A stretch of DNA of 64,000 nt from NCBI GenBank assembly GCA_040905765.1, contig JBBDQX010000007.1, positions 184 to 64,183 on the forward strand. The letters run 5' to 3'. Below, piece by piece: positions 1-13,174 of this stretch; the stretch's first letter is position 1, and every line of letters begins with the position of its first letter. The stretch is from Acetobacterales bacterium (GTDB taxonomy: Bacteria > Pseudomonadota > Alphaproteobacteria > JBBDQX01). The translations under genes were made by a program, and so were the position numbers. The notes below the pieces were generated by a model, which did no database searches, was not told the DNA's origin, and was given only the letters and a program-made list of their open reading frames with translations.

Positions 1-1
1 C

Positions 2-448
2 ACGGTCATCTTCGTCGCGCTGGTATGGCGGAAAGCGCGGGCGGCGATCCTTGGCGGTCTCGACGCCCGCATCGAGCGGGTGCGAACCGAGATCGACGAT
101 GCCGAGAAGCTCAAGGTCGAGGCGCAGGAGATGCTGGCCGAGGCCAAGCGCAAGCAGGCCGAGGCCGAGAAGCAGACCGAGGCGATCCGGCGGCACGCCC
201 AAGAGGAGGCGACGCGCCTTTCCGAGCGCGTGACCCGCAACCTCGAAGAGACGCTGAAACGGCGCGAACGGCAGGCCCGCGACCGCATCGCGCAGGCCGA
301 GGAGCAGGCCCGGCGCGAGGTGCAGGCGACCGCGGCGGACGTCGCCGTGGCCGCGGCGCGGCGGATCATCAGGGACAGCCTGGGCGCGGAGAAGGCGCGC
401 GTGCTGGTAGACGCCTCGATCCGGGAGCTTCCCGAAAAGCTGCACTGA
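2..448 (+). CDS. atpF: F0F1 ATP synthase subunit b/b' (5'-truncated at window edge)
   Basis: Frame continues to window start (TVIFVALVWRKARAAILGGLDARIERVRTEIDDAEKLKVEAQ...). Charged coiled-coil typical of subunit b. Confidence 0.7.
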   Translation, partial: TVIFVALVWRKARAAILGGLDARIERVRTEIDDAEKLKVEAQEMLAEAKRKQAEAEKQTEAIRRHAQEEATRLSERVTRNLEETLKRRERQARDRIAQAEEQARREVQATAADVAVAAARRIIRDSLGAEKARVLVDASIRELPEKLH

Positions 449-473
449 CGTCCCGCAGGGGACCCAACGAAAA

Positions 474-509
474 GCGCCGCCGGCGACAGCCGGGCGGCGC
501 TTTTTCTTT
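474..509 (+). terminator. Rho-independent terminator after atpF
   Basis: GC hairpin GCGCCGCCGG-cgacag-CCGGGCGGCGC followed by TTTTTCTTTG, between the convergent atpF and gcvP. Confidence 0.6.
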
Positions 510-536
510 GCGTCTATCGACCGAGGGGCTGCGGCG

Positions 537-3437
<2,901 letters not shown>

Positions 3438-3441
3438 CCGA

Positions 3442-3813
3442 TCACTCCTCCGCGAACGACTTGTAGGCGGCCTCGTCCATCAGGGCCTCGAGCTGACCGG
3501 CGTCGGCGACGCGAATGCGGAAGAACCAGCCGTCGCCAAGCGGATCGCTGTTCACCAGCGCCGGCTCGTCCGCCAGCTTCTCGTTGACGCCGACCACTTC
3601 CCCGTCGATGGGGGCATAAAGCTCGCTGGCCGCCTTCACCGACTCCACGACCGCTGCCTCGTCGCCCTTCGAAAGCGACTTTCCGACATCCGGCAATTCG
3701 ACGAACACGACATCGCCCAGCTGCTGCTGGGCATAGTCGGAGATGCCGACCACTGCCTCGTCGCCCTCGACGCGGATCCACTCGTGTTCCCTGGTGTACT
3801 TCAGCGTGCTCAT
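3442..3813 (-). CDS. gcvH: glycine cleavage system H protein
   Basis: 123 aa with the lipoyl-lysine motif region ([13 protein letters not shown]). Lies between gcvT and gcvP. Confidence 0.95.
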   Translation of the reverse strand: MSTLKYTREHEWIRVEGDEAVVGISDYAQQQLGDVVFVELPDVGKSLSKGDEAAVVESVKAASELYAPIDGEVVGVNEKLADEPALVNSDPLGDGWFFRIRVADAGQLEALMDEAAYKSFAEE

Positions 3814-3834
3814 CGTTTTGGGTCCCCTTTCCGC

Positions 3835-4950
3835 TCAGCCGCGGTGGTAGCGATGTTCAACGAACGGCATCCCGACGATCTTCGCGGTAAGGCTTCGACC
3901 CCTTACCACGATGCCGACCTGCTTCCCGGCGGCGTCGTTGCCAGCGGTGACGTAACCCATGGCGACCGGCTGCCCGGCCGTGGGCGCGAAGCCGCCGCTG
4001 GTCAGGGTTCCGATCTCGGTGCCCCCCGCATCCGTCACCGCCGCGCCCTCCCGGGCCGGCGCGCGGCCATCGATACGGAAGCCGACGCGTCGGCGCGGCG
4101 GGCCGTCCGAAAGCTGCCGGAGAATGGTCTCCGCCCCGGCGAAGCCGCCCTCGCTGCGCCGGCGCTTGGAGATCGTCCATACGAGGTCCGCCTCGACCGG
4201 CGTCGTGGTCTCGTCGATATCGTGGCCGTAAAGGCACAGCCCCGCCTCCAGCCGCAGCGTGTCACGGGCACCAAGGCCGATCGGCCCGACCTCCTCCTGT
4301 TCCAGCAACGCGCCGGCAAGCTCCTCGGCCCGGTCACCGGCAACGGAAATTTCGTAGCCGTCCTCGCCGGTGTAGCCCGAGCGGGTGGCGGTGCAGGGAA
4401 TGCCGGCGATTTCCAGCGCGCGCCAGTCCATGAACCGCATCTCGGCGGCCGGCGGCGAGAGCCGCGCCAGCACCGCGGCCGCCTTGGGGCCCTGCAGCGC
4501 CACCAGCGCCCGATCCGGTTGCTCCTCCAGCTCGACGCCCTTCGGCATATGGGTCCGGATATGAGCGAAATCCGCGCCCTTGCAGGCGGCGTTGACGACG
4601 AGGAACAGGTCCTCGCCGGTGTTCGCCACCATCAGGTCGTCGCGGATGCCACCCTTGTCGTTGGTGAGCATGGTATAGCGCTGCCGCCCCGGCTTGAGCG
4701 CCCGGATATCTCCGGGAACCAGCAGTTCCAGTGCCTCCGCCGCGTTCCCGCCGCGCAGCCGCGCCTGTCCCATGTGGGAGACGTCGAACAGACCGGCCGA
4801 CTGGCGCGTCTGGTTATGCTCGGCGATGATGCCCGCTGGATACTGGACGGGCATCTCATAGCCGGCGAACGGCACCATCCGGGCGCCCAGCGATCGATGC
4901 AGGGCCGCTAGCGGCGTCTGTAACAGGTCTTGCTGCCGGGTTTCGGCCAA
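3835..4950 (-). CDS. gcvT: aminomethyltransferase (glycine cleavage T protein)
   Basis: 371 aa GcvT homology (FAGYEMPVQY...). TTG start preceded by GGAGGA at a 6-nt spacing, directly downstream of the glycine riboswitch. Confidence 0.92.
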   Translation of the reverse strand: MAETRQQDLLQTPLAALHRSLGARMVPFAGYEMPVQYPAGIIAEHNQTRQSAGLFDVSHMGQARLRGGNAAEALELLVPGDIRALKPGRQRYTMLTNDKGGIRDDLMVANTGEDLFLVVNAACKGADFAHIRTHMPKGVELEEQPDRALVALQGPKAAAVLARLSPPAAEMRFMDWRALEIAGIPCTATRSGYTGEDGYEISVAGDRAEELAGALLEQEEVGPIGLGARDTLRLEAGLCLYGHDIDETTTPVEADLVWTISKRRRSEGGFAGAETILRQLSDGPPRRRVGFRIDGRAPAREGAAVTDAGGTEIGTLTSGGFAPTAGQPVAMGYVTAGNDAAGKQVGIVVRGRSLTAKIVGMPFVEHRYHRG

Positions 4951-5034
4951 TACAGGTCCTCCGTCAGAGCCTCCCGACGCGCTGCGCCGGCGTCCTCCTC
5001 TGTCTCGGAACCTGAGAGATTCACCGGCCTGCCG

Positions 5035-5210
5035 AAGCGATTCGGCCGGTTTACTCCTTCGGTGAGACCGGGCGCTGCAAGCGCCCCGACGCCTCTTTCC
5101 AGAGACCCAATCCTCCCGCGGTCCTTTTGCCTGAGAGTTTCGAGGACCGGTTGCTCCTTCGGCGCCGGCGCAGTGCGCCGGTCTCTCCCGCAGGACTCAT
5201 CTGGGCAGTC
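5035..5210 (-). promoter_or_regulatory. tandem glycine riboswitch (two aptamers) in gcvT 5' leader
   Basis: Minus-strand RNA contains GGGAGAG...GCCGAAGGAGCAA (aptamer 1) and CUCUGGAAAGAG...CACCGAAGGAGUAA (aptamer 2). These are the canonical conserved cores, positioned immediately upstream of gcvT. Confidence 0.8.
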
Positions 5211-5273
5211 AGAAAGGTATAGGCGCCGGGAGGCGAGGGCAAGGCCCCTCCCCCGAAAGACTGATCGGGCGCT

Positions 5274-5870
5274 TCAGCGTCGTTCCGCCTGGCGGCGGTT
5301 ATACTGAAGCTGTTCCTCGCTGAGCTGGAAGCCCAGCAGAAGCTGGAAGGACGCTCCCGTCTCGTCTTCGCCGAGCGGCAGCAGCAGGTCGATCTGGTTG
5401 TCGCGGAAGCGGACCTGGTTCTGGTTCGGCGGCGCGACGACGGTTAGGTCGAACACTTCCTTGTTCAGGATCGCGCTGTCTGACCGGCGGACCACAGCCA
5501 CGAAATAGGAGAACTGGGCCCGGCGGTCGGCATCCGCCGCCCCCATGGTGACGCGGAAGGCGGGAAAGAAGCTGATGGCGAGGGCACTGCGTCCGTTGCT
5601 ATAGGCGCATTCTCCGGCGAGTTGGACGATTTCCGCATCGAACTCCATGTCGATGACGTCGCGCCCAGGTCCGTCCCGGAACTCGACGAGGTGGTCGGCG
5701 TCGCCGAGCACCCGCGCTTCCGGGCAGGGGGGCAACGGCTCCTCCGACGAGGGCGTCCCGCACGCCGCCAGCGTGCCGAGCGCCACCGCGGCCATCAGCG
5801 CCGCCGCGCGGCGCGTGACATTGGGGTAGCTGGGGCGGAGTGTCTGGAAAAGGCGCTGACGAGGCTGCAT
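5274..5870 (-). CDS. hypothetical lipoprotein
   Basis: Signal peptide with lipobox (ALGTLAAC-G). Protein-like composition; no recognisable family from sequence alone. Confidence 0.5.
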   Translation of the reverse strand: MQPRQRLFQTLRPSYPNVTRRAAALMAAVALGTLAACGTPSSEEPLPPCPEARVLGDADHLVEFRDGPGRDVIDMEFDAEIVQLAGECAYSNGRSALAISFFPAFRVTMGAADADRRAQFSYFVAVVRRSDSAILNKEVFDLTVVAPPNQNQVRFRDNQIDLLLPLGEDETGASFQLLLGFQLSEEQLQYNRRQAERR

Positions 5871-5961
5871 CTACCGGGAAGGGTTCCCAAATCGGGACGA
5901 AGAGTTGTAGAAGAGATCGGCCGCCCCCGCAACGCGGAGTGGCCGCAATCCAGAGGGTTTC

Positions 5962-6909
5962 ATGGTTTCCAAGCCGCCGCTGACCATATTGCTTGCGTCC
6001 CCGCGGGGCTTCTGCGCGGGCGTCGATCGCGCCATCAAGATCGTCGAGCAGGCGCTGGAGCGATACGGGGCCCCGGTCTACGTGCGCCACGAGATCGTCC
6101 ACAATCGCACGGTGGTCGAGAGCCTCGAGGCCAAGGGTGCGATATTCGTCGACGAAATCTCGGAAATTCCCGACGGTGTGCCGGTGATCTTCTCCGCCCA
6201 CGGCGTGGCGAAATCGGTTCCGCGCGAGGCCAAATCCCGCAAGCTGTTCTACCTCGATGCGACCTGCCCGCTCGTCAGCAAGGTCCACCGCGAGGCCGAA
6301 CGGCATCATGCCGAGGGATCGCAGATCGTGCTGATCGGCCATTCCGGCCATCCGGAGGTGGTCGGCACGATGGGGCAGTTGCCGCAGGGCTCCATCCGAC
6401 TGATCGAAACGGCCGCGGACGCCGAGTCACTGGCGGTCGACGACCCTGACCGCCTGGCTTTCGTCACCCAGACCACGCTGTCTGTAGACGACACCGCCGA
6501 GATCGTCGCCGTGCTGCGGCGACGGTTCCCGAACATCCGGGGGCCGCGCAAGGAAGATATCTGCTACGCCACGACCAACCGGCAGGAAGCCGTTAAGGCG
6601 ATAGCGGCACGCTGCGACGCCATGTTCGTCATCGGCGCGCCGAACTCGTCGAACTCCCGCCGCCTCGTCGAGGTGGCCGGTCGCGCAGGGTGCGCGCGGG
6701 CGCAACTCGTGCAGCGTGCCCCGGACATCGACTGGGCTACGATCGACGGCATCGGCTGTCTTGGCATCACGGCCGGCGCTTCGGCGCCGGAGCGGCTGGT
6801 CGAAGAGGTGGTCGCAGCCGCCCGCGAACGCTATGAGGTACAGATTGAGGAAGTGTCGGTGACCGAGGAAGACGTGACTTTCAAACTTCCCGCCGCGCTG
6901 ACCGCCTGA
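5962..6909 (+). CDS. ispH: 4-hydroxy-3-methylbut-2-enyl diphosphate reductase
   Basis: LytB/IspH N-terminus ([15 protein letters not shown]) with conserved Cys. Conserved ispH-thrB-rnhA synteny. Confidence 0.95.
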   Translation: MVSKPPLTILLASPRGFCAGVDRAIKIVEQALERYGAPVYVRHEIVHNRTVVESLEAKGAIFVDEISEIPDGVPVIFSAHGVAKSVPREAKSRKLFYLDATCPLVSKVHREAERHHAEGSQIVLIGHSGHPEVVGTMGQLPQGSIRLIETAADAESLAVDDPDRLAFVTQTTLSVDDTAEIVAVLRRRFPNIRGPRKEDICYATTNRQEAVKAIAARCDAMFVIGAPNSSNSRRLVEVAGRAGCARAQLVQRAPDIDWATIDGIGCLGITAGASAPERLVEEVVAAARERYEVQIEEVSVTEEDVTFKLPAALTA

Positions 6910-6916
6910 GCCCCAC

Positions 6917-7891
6917 ATGGCGGTCTACACCGAGGTCCCCGACGACGACCTCGCCGCTTTCGTCGCCGAGTACGACATCGGCAGGGTCCTGTCCTGCAAG
7001 GGGATCGCCGAGGGCGTCGAGAATTCCAACTATCTTCTCCAGACGGAGAACGGCAACTTCATCCTGACGTTGTACGAGCGCCGCGTGGATGAGAGCGACC
7101 TGCCGTACTTCCTCGGGCTGATGGCCCATCTTGCGGACAAGGGGCTGCCATGCCCGACCCCGACACTCGGGCGTGACGGCAGGGCGCTGCGCCGGCTGTG
7201 CGGCCGGCCGGCGGCGATCGTGACGTTCCTGCCGGGCGTATGGCACCGGCGCGTCGGCAGCGACGATACCGGCCAGCTCGGCACCGCCCTGGCGGACATG
7301 CACGTCAAGGGGATGGATTTCCCGTTGCAGCGTCCCAACAGCCTCTCGGTGGAGAGCTGGCGACCGCTGTTCGCCCAGAGTCGGGAGCGCGCCCATGAGG
7401 TGCTGCCGGACCTGGCGGAAGAGCTCGAGGCCGAACTCGACCATCTCGAGGCCGCCTGGCCCACCTGCGCCAGGCTGCAGCTTCCGACGGGCAACATCCA
7501 TGCCGACCTGTTCCCGGACAACGTGTTCTTCCTCGGCGAAAGGCTGTCCGGCCTGATCGACTTCTATTTCGCCTGCACCGACTTCCTCTGCTACGACCTC
7601 GGCGTCTGCCTCAACGCCTGGTGCTTTGAACCGGACACCAGCTTCAACATCACCAAGGCGCGGCTGATGTTCGCCGGCTACCGGGGAGTGCGGGAATTGG
7701 CGCGGGACGAAATGGAGGTGATGCCGTTGATGGCGCGGGGCAGCGCGATGCGGTTCCTGCTGACGCGCCTCTATGACTGGCTGCATCGGCCGGAGGGCGC
7801 GATGGTGACACCCAAGGACCCGCTGGAATATGTGCGAAAGCTGCGCTTCCACCAGCGCGTCGGCAGCGCCGCCGCCTACGGGCTGGACTGA
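6917..7891 (+). CDS. thrB: homoserine kinase (ThrB type II, APH-fold)
   Basis: 324 aa of the Pseudomonas-type homoserine kinase family ([19 protein letters not shown]). Confidence 0.88.
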   Translation: MAVYTEVPDDDLAAFVAEYDIGRVLSCKGIAEGVENSNYLLQTENGNFILTLYERRVDESDLPYFLGLMAHLADKGLPCPTPTLGRDGRALRRLCGRPAAIVTFLPGVWHRRVGSDDTGQLGTALADMHVKGMDFPLQRPNSLSVESWRPLFAQSRERAHEVLPDLAEELEAELDHLEAAWPTCARLQLPTGNIHADLFPDNVFFLGERLSGLIDFYFACTDFLCYDLGVCLNAWCFEPDTSFNITKARLMFAGYRGVRELARDEMEVMPLMARGSAMRFLLTRLYDWLHRPEGAMVTPKDPLEYVRKLRFHQRVGSAAAYGLD

Positions 7892-7899
7892 GAGCCCCC

Positions 7900-8364
7900 G
7901 TGGGGGAAAGTGCCGGCGATCCGGTCGAAATCTTCACCGACGGTGCCTGCAGTGGCAACCCCGGGCCTGGAGGCTGGGGTGCGGTGCTTCGCTTCGGCGC
8001 GGTCGAGAAGGAACTGAACGGCGGCGAGGCGGCGACCACCAACAACCGGATGGAACTGATGGCGGCGATCAGCGCCCTGGAGGCGCTGAAGCGTCCGGTT
8101 CGCGCGCGTGTCCATACCGACAGCGCCTACCTGCACAAGGGCATTACCCAGTGGCTGCCGCGCTGGAAGCAGCGCGGATGGCGCACCGCGGACAAGAAGC
8201 CGGTGAAGAACGTCGACCTGTGGCAGCGCCTGGACGAACTGATCGCCCGGCACCGGGTGGAATGGCGCTGGGTAAAGGGCCATGCCGGCCACGTCGAGAA
8301 CGAGCGGGCGGATGCGCTGGCGCGTGCCGGGATCGCCGCCGTCCGCGCGGCGGCCAGGGAGTAG
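7900..8364 (+). CDS. rnhA: ribonuclease HI
   Basis: RNase H catalytic motifs ([30 protein letters not shown]). Confidence 0.93.
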   Translation: MGESAGDPVEIFTDGACSGNPGPGGWGAVLRFGAVEKELNGGEAATTNNRMELMAAISALEALKRPVRARVHTDSAYLHKGITQWLPRWKQRGWRTADKKPVKNVDLWQRLDELIARHRVEWRWVKGHAGHVENERADALARAGIAAVRAAARE

Positions 8365-8397
8365 CGGCGGCAGGCCCGAGGCCCGCCGCCGCCCGAT
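8365..8397. terminator. bidirectional GC hairpin between convergent rnhA and the peroxiredoxin gene
   Basis: 13-bp stem GCGGCGGCAGGCC-cga-GGCCCGCCGCCGC with one mismatch, no U-run, between two convergent stop codons. Confidence 0.4.
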
Positions 8398-8400
8398 AAT

Positions 8401-8886
8401 CTAGAGAGCCGCGAGAATCTGGTCGGCGCCGCTCTCGGCGATCTGGCCGGGCTTCTCCTCGATCTTGAGCGCCGCGACCTTGCCGTCGTCGACGATCATC
8501 GCGTAACGGCGCGAGCGGACGCCGAGGCCCGGCGTCGAGAGATCGACATCGAGGCCAAGGGCCTTGGTGTAGGTCGCGGCACCGTCGGCGATCATGGTCA
8601 CCGAATCGCCGACGCCGCGCGCGGCAGACCAGGCCTTCAGCACGAAATGATCGTTCACCGCCATGCACGCGATCTCATCCACACCCTTCGCCTTGATGTC
8701 GCCGGACTTGGAGACGAATCCGGGCAGGTGCTGTTCGGAGCAGGTCGGCGTGAAGGCGCCCGGCACGGCGAACAGCACGACCTTGCGGCCCTTGAAGAAC
8801 TCCTCGGCCGGCACGTCCTTCGGACCGTCGGCGGTCACCACCTTGAGCGTCCCTGCCGGCATCTTGGACCCTACGCTAATCGCCAT
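8401..8886 (-). CDS. peroxiredoxin (Prx5-type, AhpC/TSA family)
   Basis: 161 aa with the peroxidatic Cys motif (PGAFTPTCS). Confidence 0.9.
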   Translation of the reverse strand: MAISVGSKMPAGTLKVVTADGPKDVPAEEFFKGRKVVLFAVPGAFTPTCSEQHLPGFVSKSGDIKAKGVDEIACMAVNDHFVLKAWSAARGVGDSVTMIADGAATYTKALGLDVDLSTPGLGVRSRRYAMIVDDGKVAALKIEEKPGQIAESGADQILAAL

Positions 8887-8989
8887 GGTCGCGTTCCTCT
8901 CTGTGAGCTGTGCGGATGTTCCGGAAAGCCGCCGCAGAAGCGGCCGGAATGGGTATGGCTATGAGATAGGCGGTTCGGAGCGGCGAGTC

Positions 8990-9036
8990 ACCCATGAAAA
9001 AGGCCGGAACCGCTCCGTCACCGCGGGTTTCCGGCC
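8990..9036 (-). terminator. Rho-independent terminator after the dsbD-family gene
   Basis: Minus-strand RNA GGCCGGAAAC...GUUCCGGCC followed by UUUUUC. Overlaps the dsbD stop codon. Confidence 0.5.
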
Positions 9037-11141
9037 GCATCCACGGCATCGAGGACCATTTCCACCGTCAGCAACTCGGGCAGCGCCCTGCCTTGCGGAA
9101 GGGCGGGTCCGTAAACCGCATTGAACGGAATCCCATAGCGTCCGAACCCCGCCAGATAGTCGGCAATGGCAGCATCCGGGGAGGTCCAGTCGCCCCGCAT
9201 CCTTACCACGCCGGGCGCGGACAGCAGTGCCGCAACGTCGACGCTGTCGAGCACCAGCGCCTTGTTGACCTTGCAGGTGATGCACCAGTCGGCGGTGACA
9301 TCCACGAAGACCGTTCGACCCTCCGCCACCAGCGTGGGGATGGCGCCGCGATCGAGAGGCCGCCAGTCCAGATCGCGTACCGTCGGCACCGTGGCCGCGT
9401 CCGGTGCCGGAACGGCGATCGGCACCAGAAGGGCGGAGAGGACGAGCACCACGCCTGCAGCCAGCGCAACCGGCGTCCACCCCGGCGCCCGGCAGGCGAA
9501 GGCCGCGGCGGCGAGGAGGGAGCACGCGGCCACGCCGATGGCAGCGGTAGCGCCGCCCTGTACCGCCAGGATCGTCATCAGCCAGCCCGCGGTACCCAGC
9601 AGCAGGAGGCCGAGCAGGCGGCGCAGCCAGACCATCCACGGTCCGGGCCGAGGCAGCATGGCCACGAGCCCCGGTCGGAAAGCGACGGCAAGGTAGGGAA
9701 GCGCAAGTCCGAGGCCCAGCATACCGAAGACGGCGAGGATCTCCGACGGGCCGCGCGACAGGGCGAAGCCCACGGCGGTGCCGAGGAAGGGCGCGGAGCA
9801 GGGGGTCGCCAGCAACGTCGCCAAGGTACCCGCGAGGAAATCCCCGGCGACACCGTGCTTTGGCCCTGCCGTACCCAGGGCGGCCAGCGACCGCGGCAGC
9901 GGAATCGCGAAGGCGCCCCAGAGATTGGCGGCGAACAGCGTCAGGACGACAGTCATCGCGGCGAGGAAGACGGGCTGCTGGAACTGGACGCCCCAGCCGA
10001 TCCGGGCGCCTGCCCCCTGCAGAGCGATCAGAGCCAGCGCCAGCACGAGGAAGCTCGAGACAATACCCGCAGCGGTGGCGAGGAAAGCCTGCCGCACCCG
10101 GGTCCGATCCCCTCCCCCCAGGCGGACGACGCCGAGAAGCTTGAGCGACAGAACCGGCAAGACGCATGGCATCAGGTTGAGGATCAGCCCGCCGGCAAGG
10201 GCAAGTCCGAGCGCCACGACCCACCCTGTCGGCGCCCCCGGCGGCACGCCGGCCGCGGCAGGCTCGGCAAGAGCCGTTATTTCGGCCGCCATCCCCTCCG
10301 CCGCGACGGTCAGCGTCAACGGAGCGCGGGCCAGCATCGCGAACGCGTTCTGCCCGCGCACCGGCATTTCCAGGAGCACCGATCCCCCGGACCTCGCGGT
10401 GGGCTGTGCGGCAAGAAACTCCAGGCCGGATGCGCCCTCCACGAAGACATCGACGTCGTGCAGCGGAATGCTGGTATCGAGAGCAAGCAGGAGTCTTGCG
10501 CCGTCGGGGGCAGGCAGCACCTGCAACCCGTCCACGCGAAGGCCGGCCGATTCCGCCGGCACGGGCACCTTGCCGCCATAGCGCCCGATCAGATGGGCGA
10601 AAGGCGTGGACGACGCCTCACCGGCTGGAAGGTCGAGAGCGAGCTTGGCATCGAGAGGGATGCAGACGTCTCGGCAGGTCAGGAACGCGACATCCGCCCG
10701 AAGCGAAAGGGGCGAGCCGGTGTCCTCGGGCAGTACCGTGACGGGCAGCACGACCTCGCCCTCATAGCCGTAATTCTGCAGCCCGAAGAGCTCGAACCGC
10801 CTGGGCGCCGGCCACTTCACTTCCGCGGCGGCGAGATTGCCCGACCCCGTCCAGTCGATCCGCGGCGGGAACCCGGCATCGCCGGGCGTCCGCCAGTAGA
10901 TCTTCCAGCCCTCGGCCATCCGGAAATGCAGTCCGAGCCGCAGACCTTCGCTCGCTGCGCCACCGGTCCCCGCGACAGCGGACACGAGGCGGACGTCGAC
11001 CTGATCGTTGCGCACCCAGTCCGATGCCGCCGGCGCCTGCGCTCCGGTGGCCTGCGGCAGGCACAGCAACCCGATCAGCAACGCGATACGCGATGCGATC
11101 ACCACGGCGGGCGAAGCGGGCGGGAAAAGCCGGAAAACCAT
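9018..11141 (-). CDS. thiol:disulfide interchange protein, DsbD/ScsB family
   Basis: 707 aa with signal peptide, multi-TM core and a C-terminal thioredoxin domain containing CxxC (WCITCK). Confidence 0.85.
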   Translation of the reverse strand: MVFRLFPPASPAVVIASRIALLIGLLCLPQATGAQAPAASDWVRNDQVDVRLVSAVAGTGGAASEGLRLGLHFRMAEGWKIYWRTPGDAGFPPRIDWTGSGNLAAAEVKWPAPRRFELFGLQNYGYEGEVVLPVTVLPEDTGSPLSLRADVAFLTCRDVCIPLDAKLALDLPAGEASSTPFAHLIGRYGGKVPVPAESAGLRVDGLQVLPAPDGARLLLALDTSIPLHDVDVFVEGASGLEFLAAQPTARSGGSVLLEMPVRGQNAFAMLARAPLTLTVAAEGMAAEITALAEPAAAGVPPGAPTGWVVALGLALAGGLILNLMPCVLPVLSLKLLGVVRLGGGDRTRVRQAFLATAAGIVSSFLVLALALIALQGAGARIGWGVQFQQPVFLAAMTVVLTLFAANLWGAFAIPLPRSLAALGTAGPKHGVAGDFLAGTLATLLATPCSAPFLGTAVGFALSRGPSEILAVFGMLGLGLALPYLAVAFRPGLVAMLPRPGPWMVWLRRLLGLLLLGTAGWLMTILAVQGGATAAIGVAACSLLAAAAFACRAPGWTPVALAAGVVLVLSALLVPIAVPAPDAATVPTVRDLDWRPLDRGAIPTLVAEGRTVFVDVTADWCITCKVNKALVLDSVDVAALLSAPGVVRMRGDWTSPDAAIADYLAGFGRYGIPFNAVYGPALPQGRALPELLTVEMVLDAVDAAGNPR

Positions 11142-11304
11142 GAGGACACTCTAGCGGCGCGGTAGCGGAAGGTCGGCTCACAATGGCGTCAAGGCCGCCG
11201 CACTTGATCGGCCCGCAGGCGGGATCATTATTGATAATCGGACACTGCGCGGCAGCCGCGCGTTGTCGATGCGGGAAGCGGCCCGCAGCGAGGGAGATTC
11301 GGCC

Positions 11305-11889
11305 ATGTCAGGTGAATTTGGCGAGAAACAGGACAACGGCTATCTGCCGGGACAGCTCCTGGTCGCAATGCCGCAGATGGAGGATCCGCGTTTCGCACGG
11401 TCGGTGGTCTATCTATGCGCCCACACGGCCGAAGGTGCGATGGGCCTCGTGCTCAACCGGGAGCTGGAGTCGCTGACCTTCCCCGACCTGCTGGAGCAGT
11501 TGGGCATCGAGCCGGGGCTGGCGGCCAAGCAGATTCGGGTCCACTTCGGCGGTCCCGTCGAATCCAGCCGGGGCTTCGTGCTGCATTCCGACGACTACAT
11601 GCATGAGGCCAGCCTGAACGTGGACAACGGCATCGCCCTCACCGCGACGGTCGACATCCTCAAGGAGATCGCGCACGGCAGCGGGCCGCGCAACTGCCTG
11701 CTGGCGCTGGGCTATGCCGGCTGGGGACCGGGTCAGCTCGACGGCGAGATGCACGGCAACGCCTGGCTGCACGTCGAGGCGGACCAGGATCTGGTGTTCG
11801 GCTCCGACCTCGCAATGAAGTGGGAGAACGCGATCCGGAAGATCGGCGTCGACCCGATGCTGCTGTCGGGTGCGGCTGGCCGGGCCTGA
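11305..11889 (+). CDS. YqgE/AlgH family protein (UPF0301)
   Basis: Family N-terminus (LLVAMPQMEDPRFARSVVYLCAHT). Start moved to the ATG with GAGGGAG SD, 8 nt upstream. Confidence 0.85.
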   Translation: MSGEFGEKQDNGYLPGQLLVAMPQMEDPRFARSVVYLCAHTAEGAMGLVLNRELESLTFPDLLEQLGIEPGLAAKQIRVHFGGPVESSRGFVLHSDDYMHEASLNVDNGIALTATVDILKEIAHGSGPRNCLLALGYAGWGPGQLDGEMHGNAWLHVEADQDLVFGSDLAMKWENAIRKIGVDPMLLSGAAGRA

Positions 11890-11896
11890 GCGGCTT

Positions 11897-13174
11897 TCAG
11901 CCGAAGCGCGCCGCGATCTGCTCCGTCGACTCCATCTTCCTGATCGGCCCCAGCGCCGCGACCGTCACAGGCGCGCGGAATAGGCGGTCGGCCGTCCGCG
12001 CGACCTGCGCCGCGTCGACCGCCTCGATCCGCGCCACGGTCTCCTCCAGGGCAATGGGACGACCAAAGACCAGTATCTGCCGCGCTGCCTGCTCGCACAT
12101 CGCCGACGTGCTCTCGAGCGACATCAGCACGTTCGCCCGAAGCTGCGCGCGCGCGCGCGCGATTTCGTCCTCTCCGACCTTGCGCCGCACCGCGTTCAGC
12201 TCATCGCCGACAACCGGAATCAGTTCGCCGACCTCCTTCTCGCCGGTTCCCGCATAGACCCCCACCACCCCGGTATCGTCGTAGGACGAGGAGAAGCTGA
12301 ACACCGAATAGACGAGGCCCCGCTTCTCGCGCACCTCCTGGAACAGACGGGAGGACATGCCGCCGCCGAGCAGGGTCGAAAGGACCGTAACGGCATAGTA
12401 GTCCGGATCGCCGTAGGGCACGCCCTCGAAGCCAAGGATCAGATGGACCTGATCCAGCTTGCGGCGCTCGCGGTTGTCGCCGCCGACATAGCTGGCCCGC
12501 GGCGGCGCCTCATCATTGTCGGCAGGCAGGTCGCCAAAGGCCGCCGCAATGCGGCGAACGAAATCCTCATGGTCGATTCGCCCGGCAGCGGATGCGACCA
12601 GCCGCGACGGACTGTAGTAACGGTCCATGTAGGCGCGCACATCCGAGCGTCCCAGGCCGCGGATGAGGTCGGCACTCCCCAGCACCGGCAGGCCGAGCGG
12701 CTGGTCGGGATAGGCCGTCTCCTGGAAACGGTCGAAGATCAGGTCGTCGGGCGTGTCGTTGGCCTGGCCGATCTCCTGCAGGATCACGGAGCGTTCACGC
12801 TCCAGTTCCTGCTCGTCGAGCGTCGAGTGCTGCAGGATGTCGGCCAGGATGTCGATGGCGAGCGGCACGTCATCGACCAGCACCTTGGCGTAATAGGCCG
12901 TGTGCTCGCGGGAGGTATAGGCGTTGAGATGACCGCCCACCGCCTCGATCTCCTCCGCGATGGATCGGGCCGTGCGCCGGCGGGTGCCCTTGAACGCCAT
13001 ATGCTCGAGCAGATGCGATACGCCGTTCACCTCCGGCGCCTCGTCACGGGTGCCGACGTGCACCCAGAGGCCCAGCGAAACGCTCTCCACCTGCGGCATC
13101 TCCCGGGTGACGACGCGGATGCCGTTCGGCAGAACCGTCATTTGCGCCGGGGCGATGTCAGCTTTCATCGTCAT
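11897..13174 (-). CDS. M16 family zinc peptidase (processing-peptidase-like)
   Basis: Inverted zinc motif HLLEHMAFKGT. Start (MTMKAD...) forms an ATGA overlap with the thrC stop. Confidence 0.85.
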   Translation of the reverse strand: MTMKADIAPAQMTVLPNGIRVVTREMPQVESVSLGLWVHVGTRDEAPEVNGVSHLLEHMAFKGTRRRTARSIAEEIEAVGGHLNAYTSREHTAYYAKVLVDDVPLAIDILADILQHSTLDEQELERERSVILQEIGQANDTPDDLIFDRFQETAYPDQPLGLPVLGSADLIRGLGRSDVRAYMDRYYSPSRLVASAAGRIDHEDFVRRIAAAFGDLPADNDEAPPRASYVGGDNRERRKLDQVHLILGFEGVPYGDPDYYAVTVLSTLLGGGMSSRLFQEVREKRGLVYSVFSFSSSYDDTGVVGVYAGTGEKEVGELIPVVGDELNAVRRKVGEDEIARARAQLRANVLMSLESTSAMCEQAARQILVFGRPIALEETVARIEAVDAAQVARTADRLFRAPVTVAALGPIRKMESTEQIAARFG

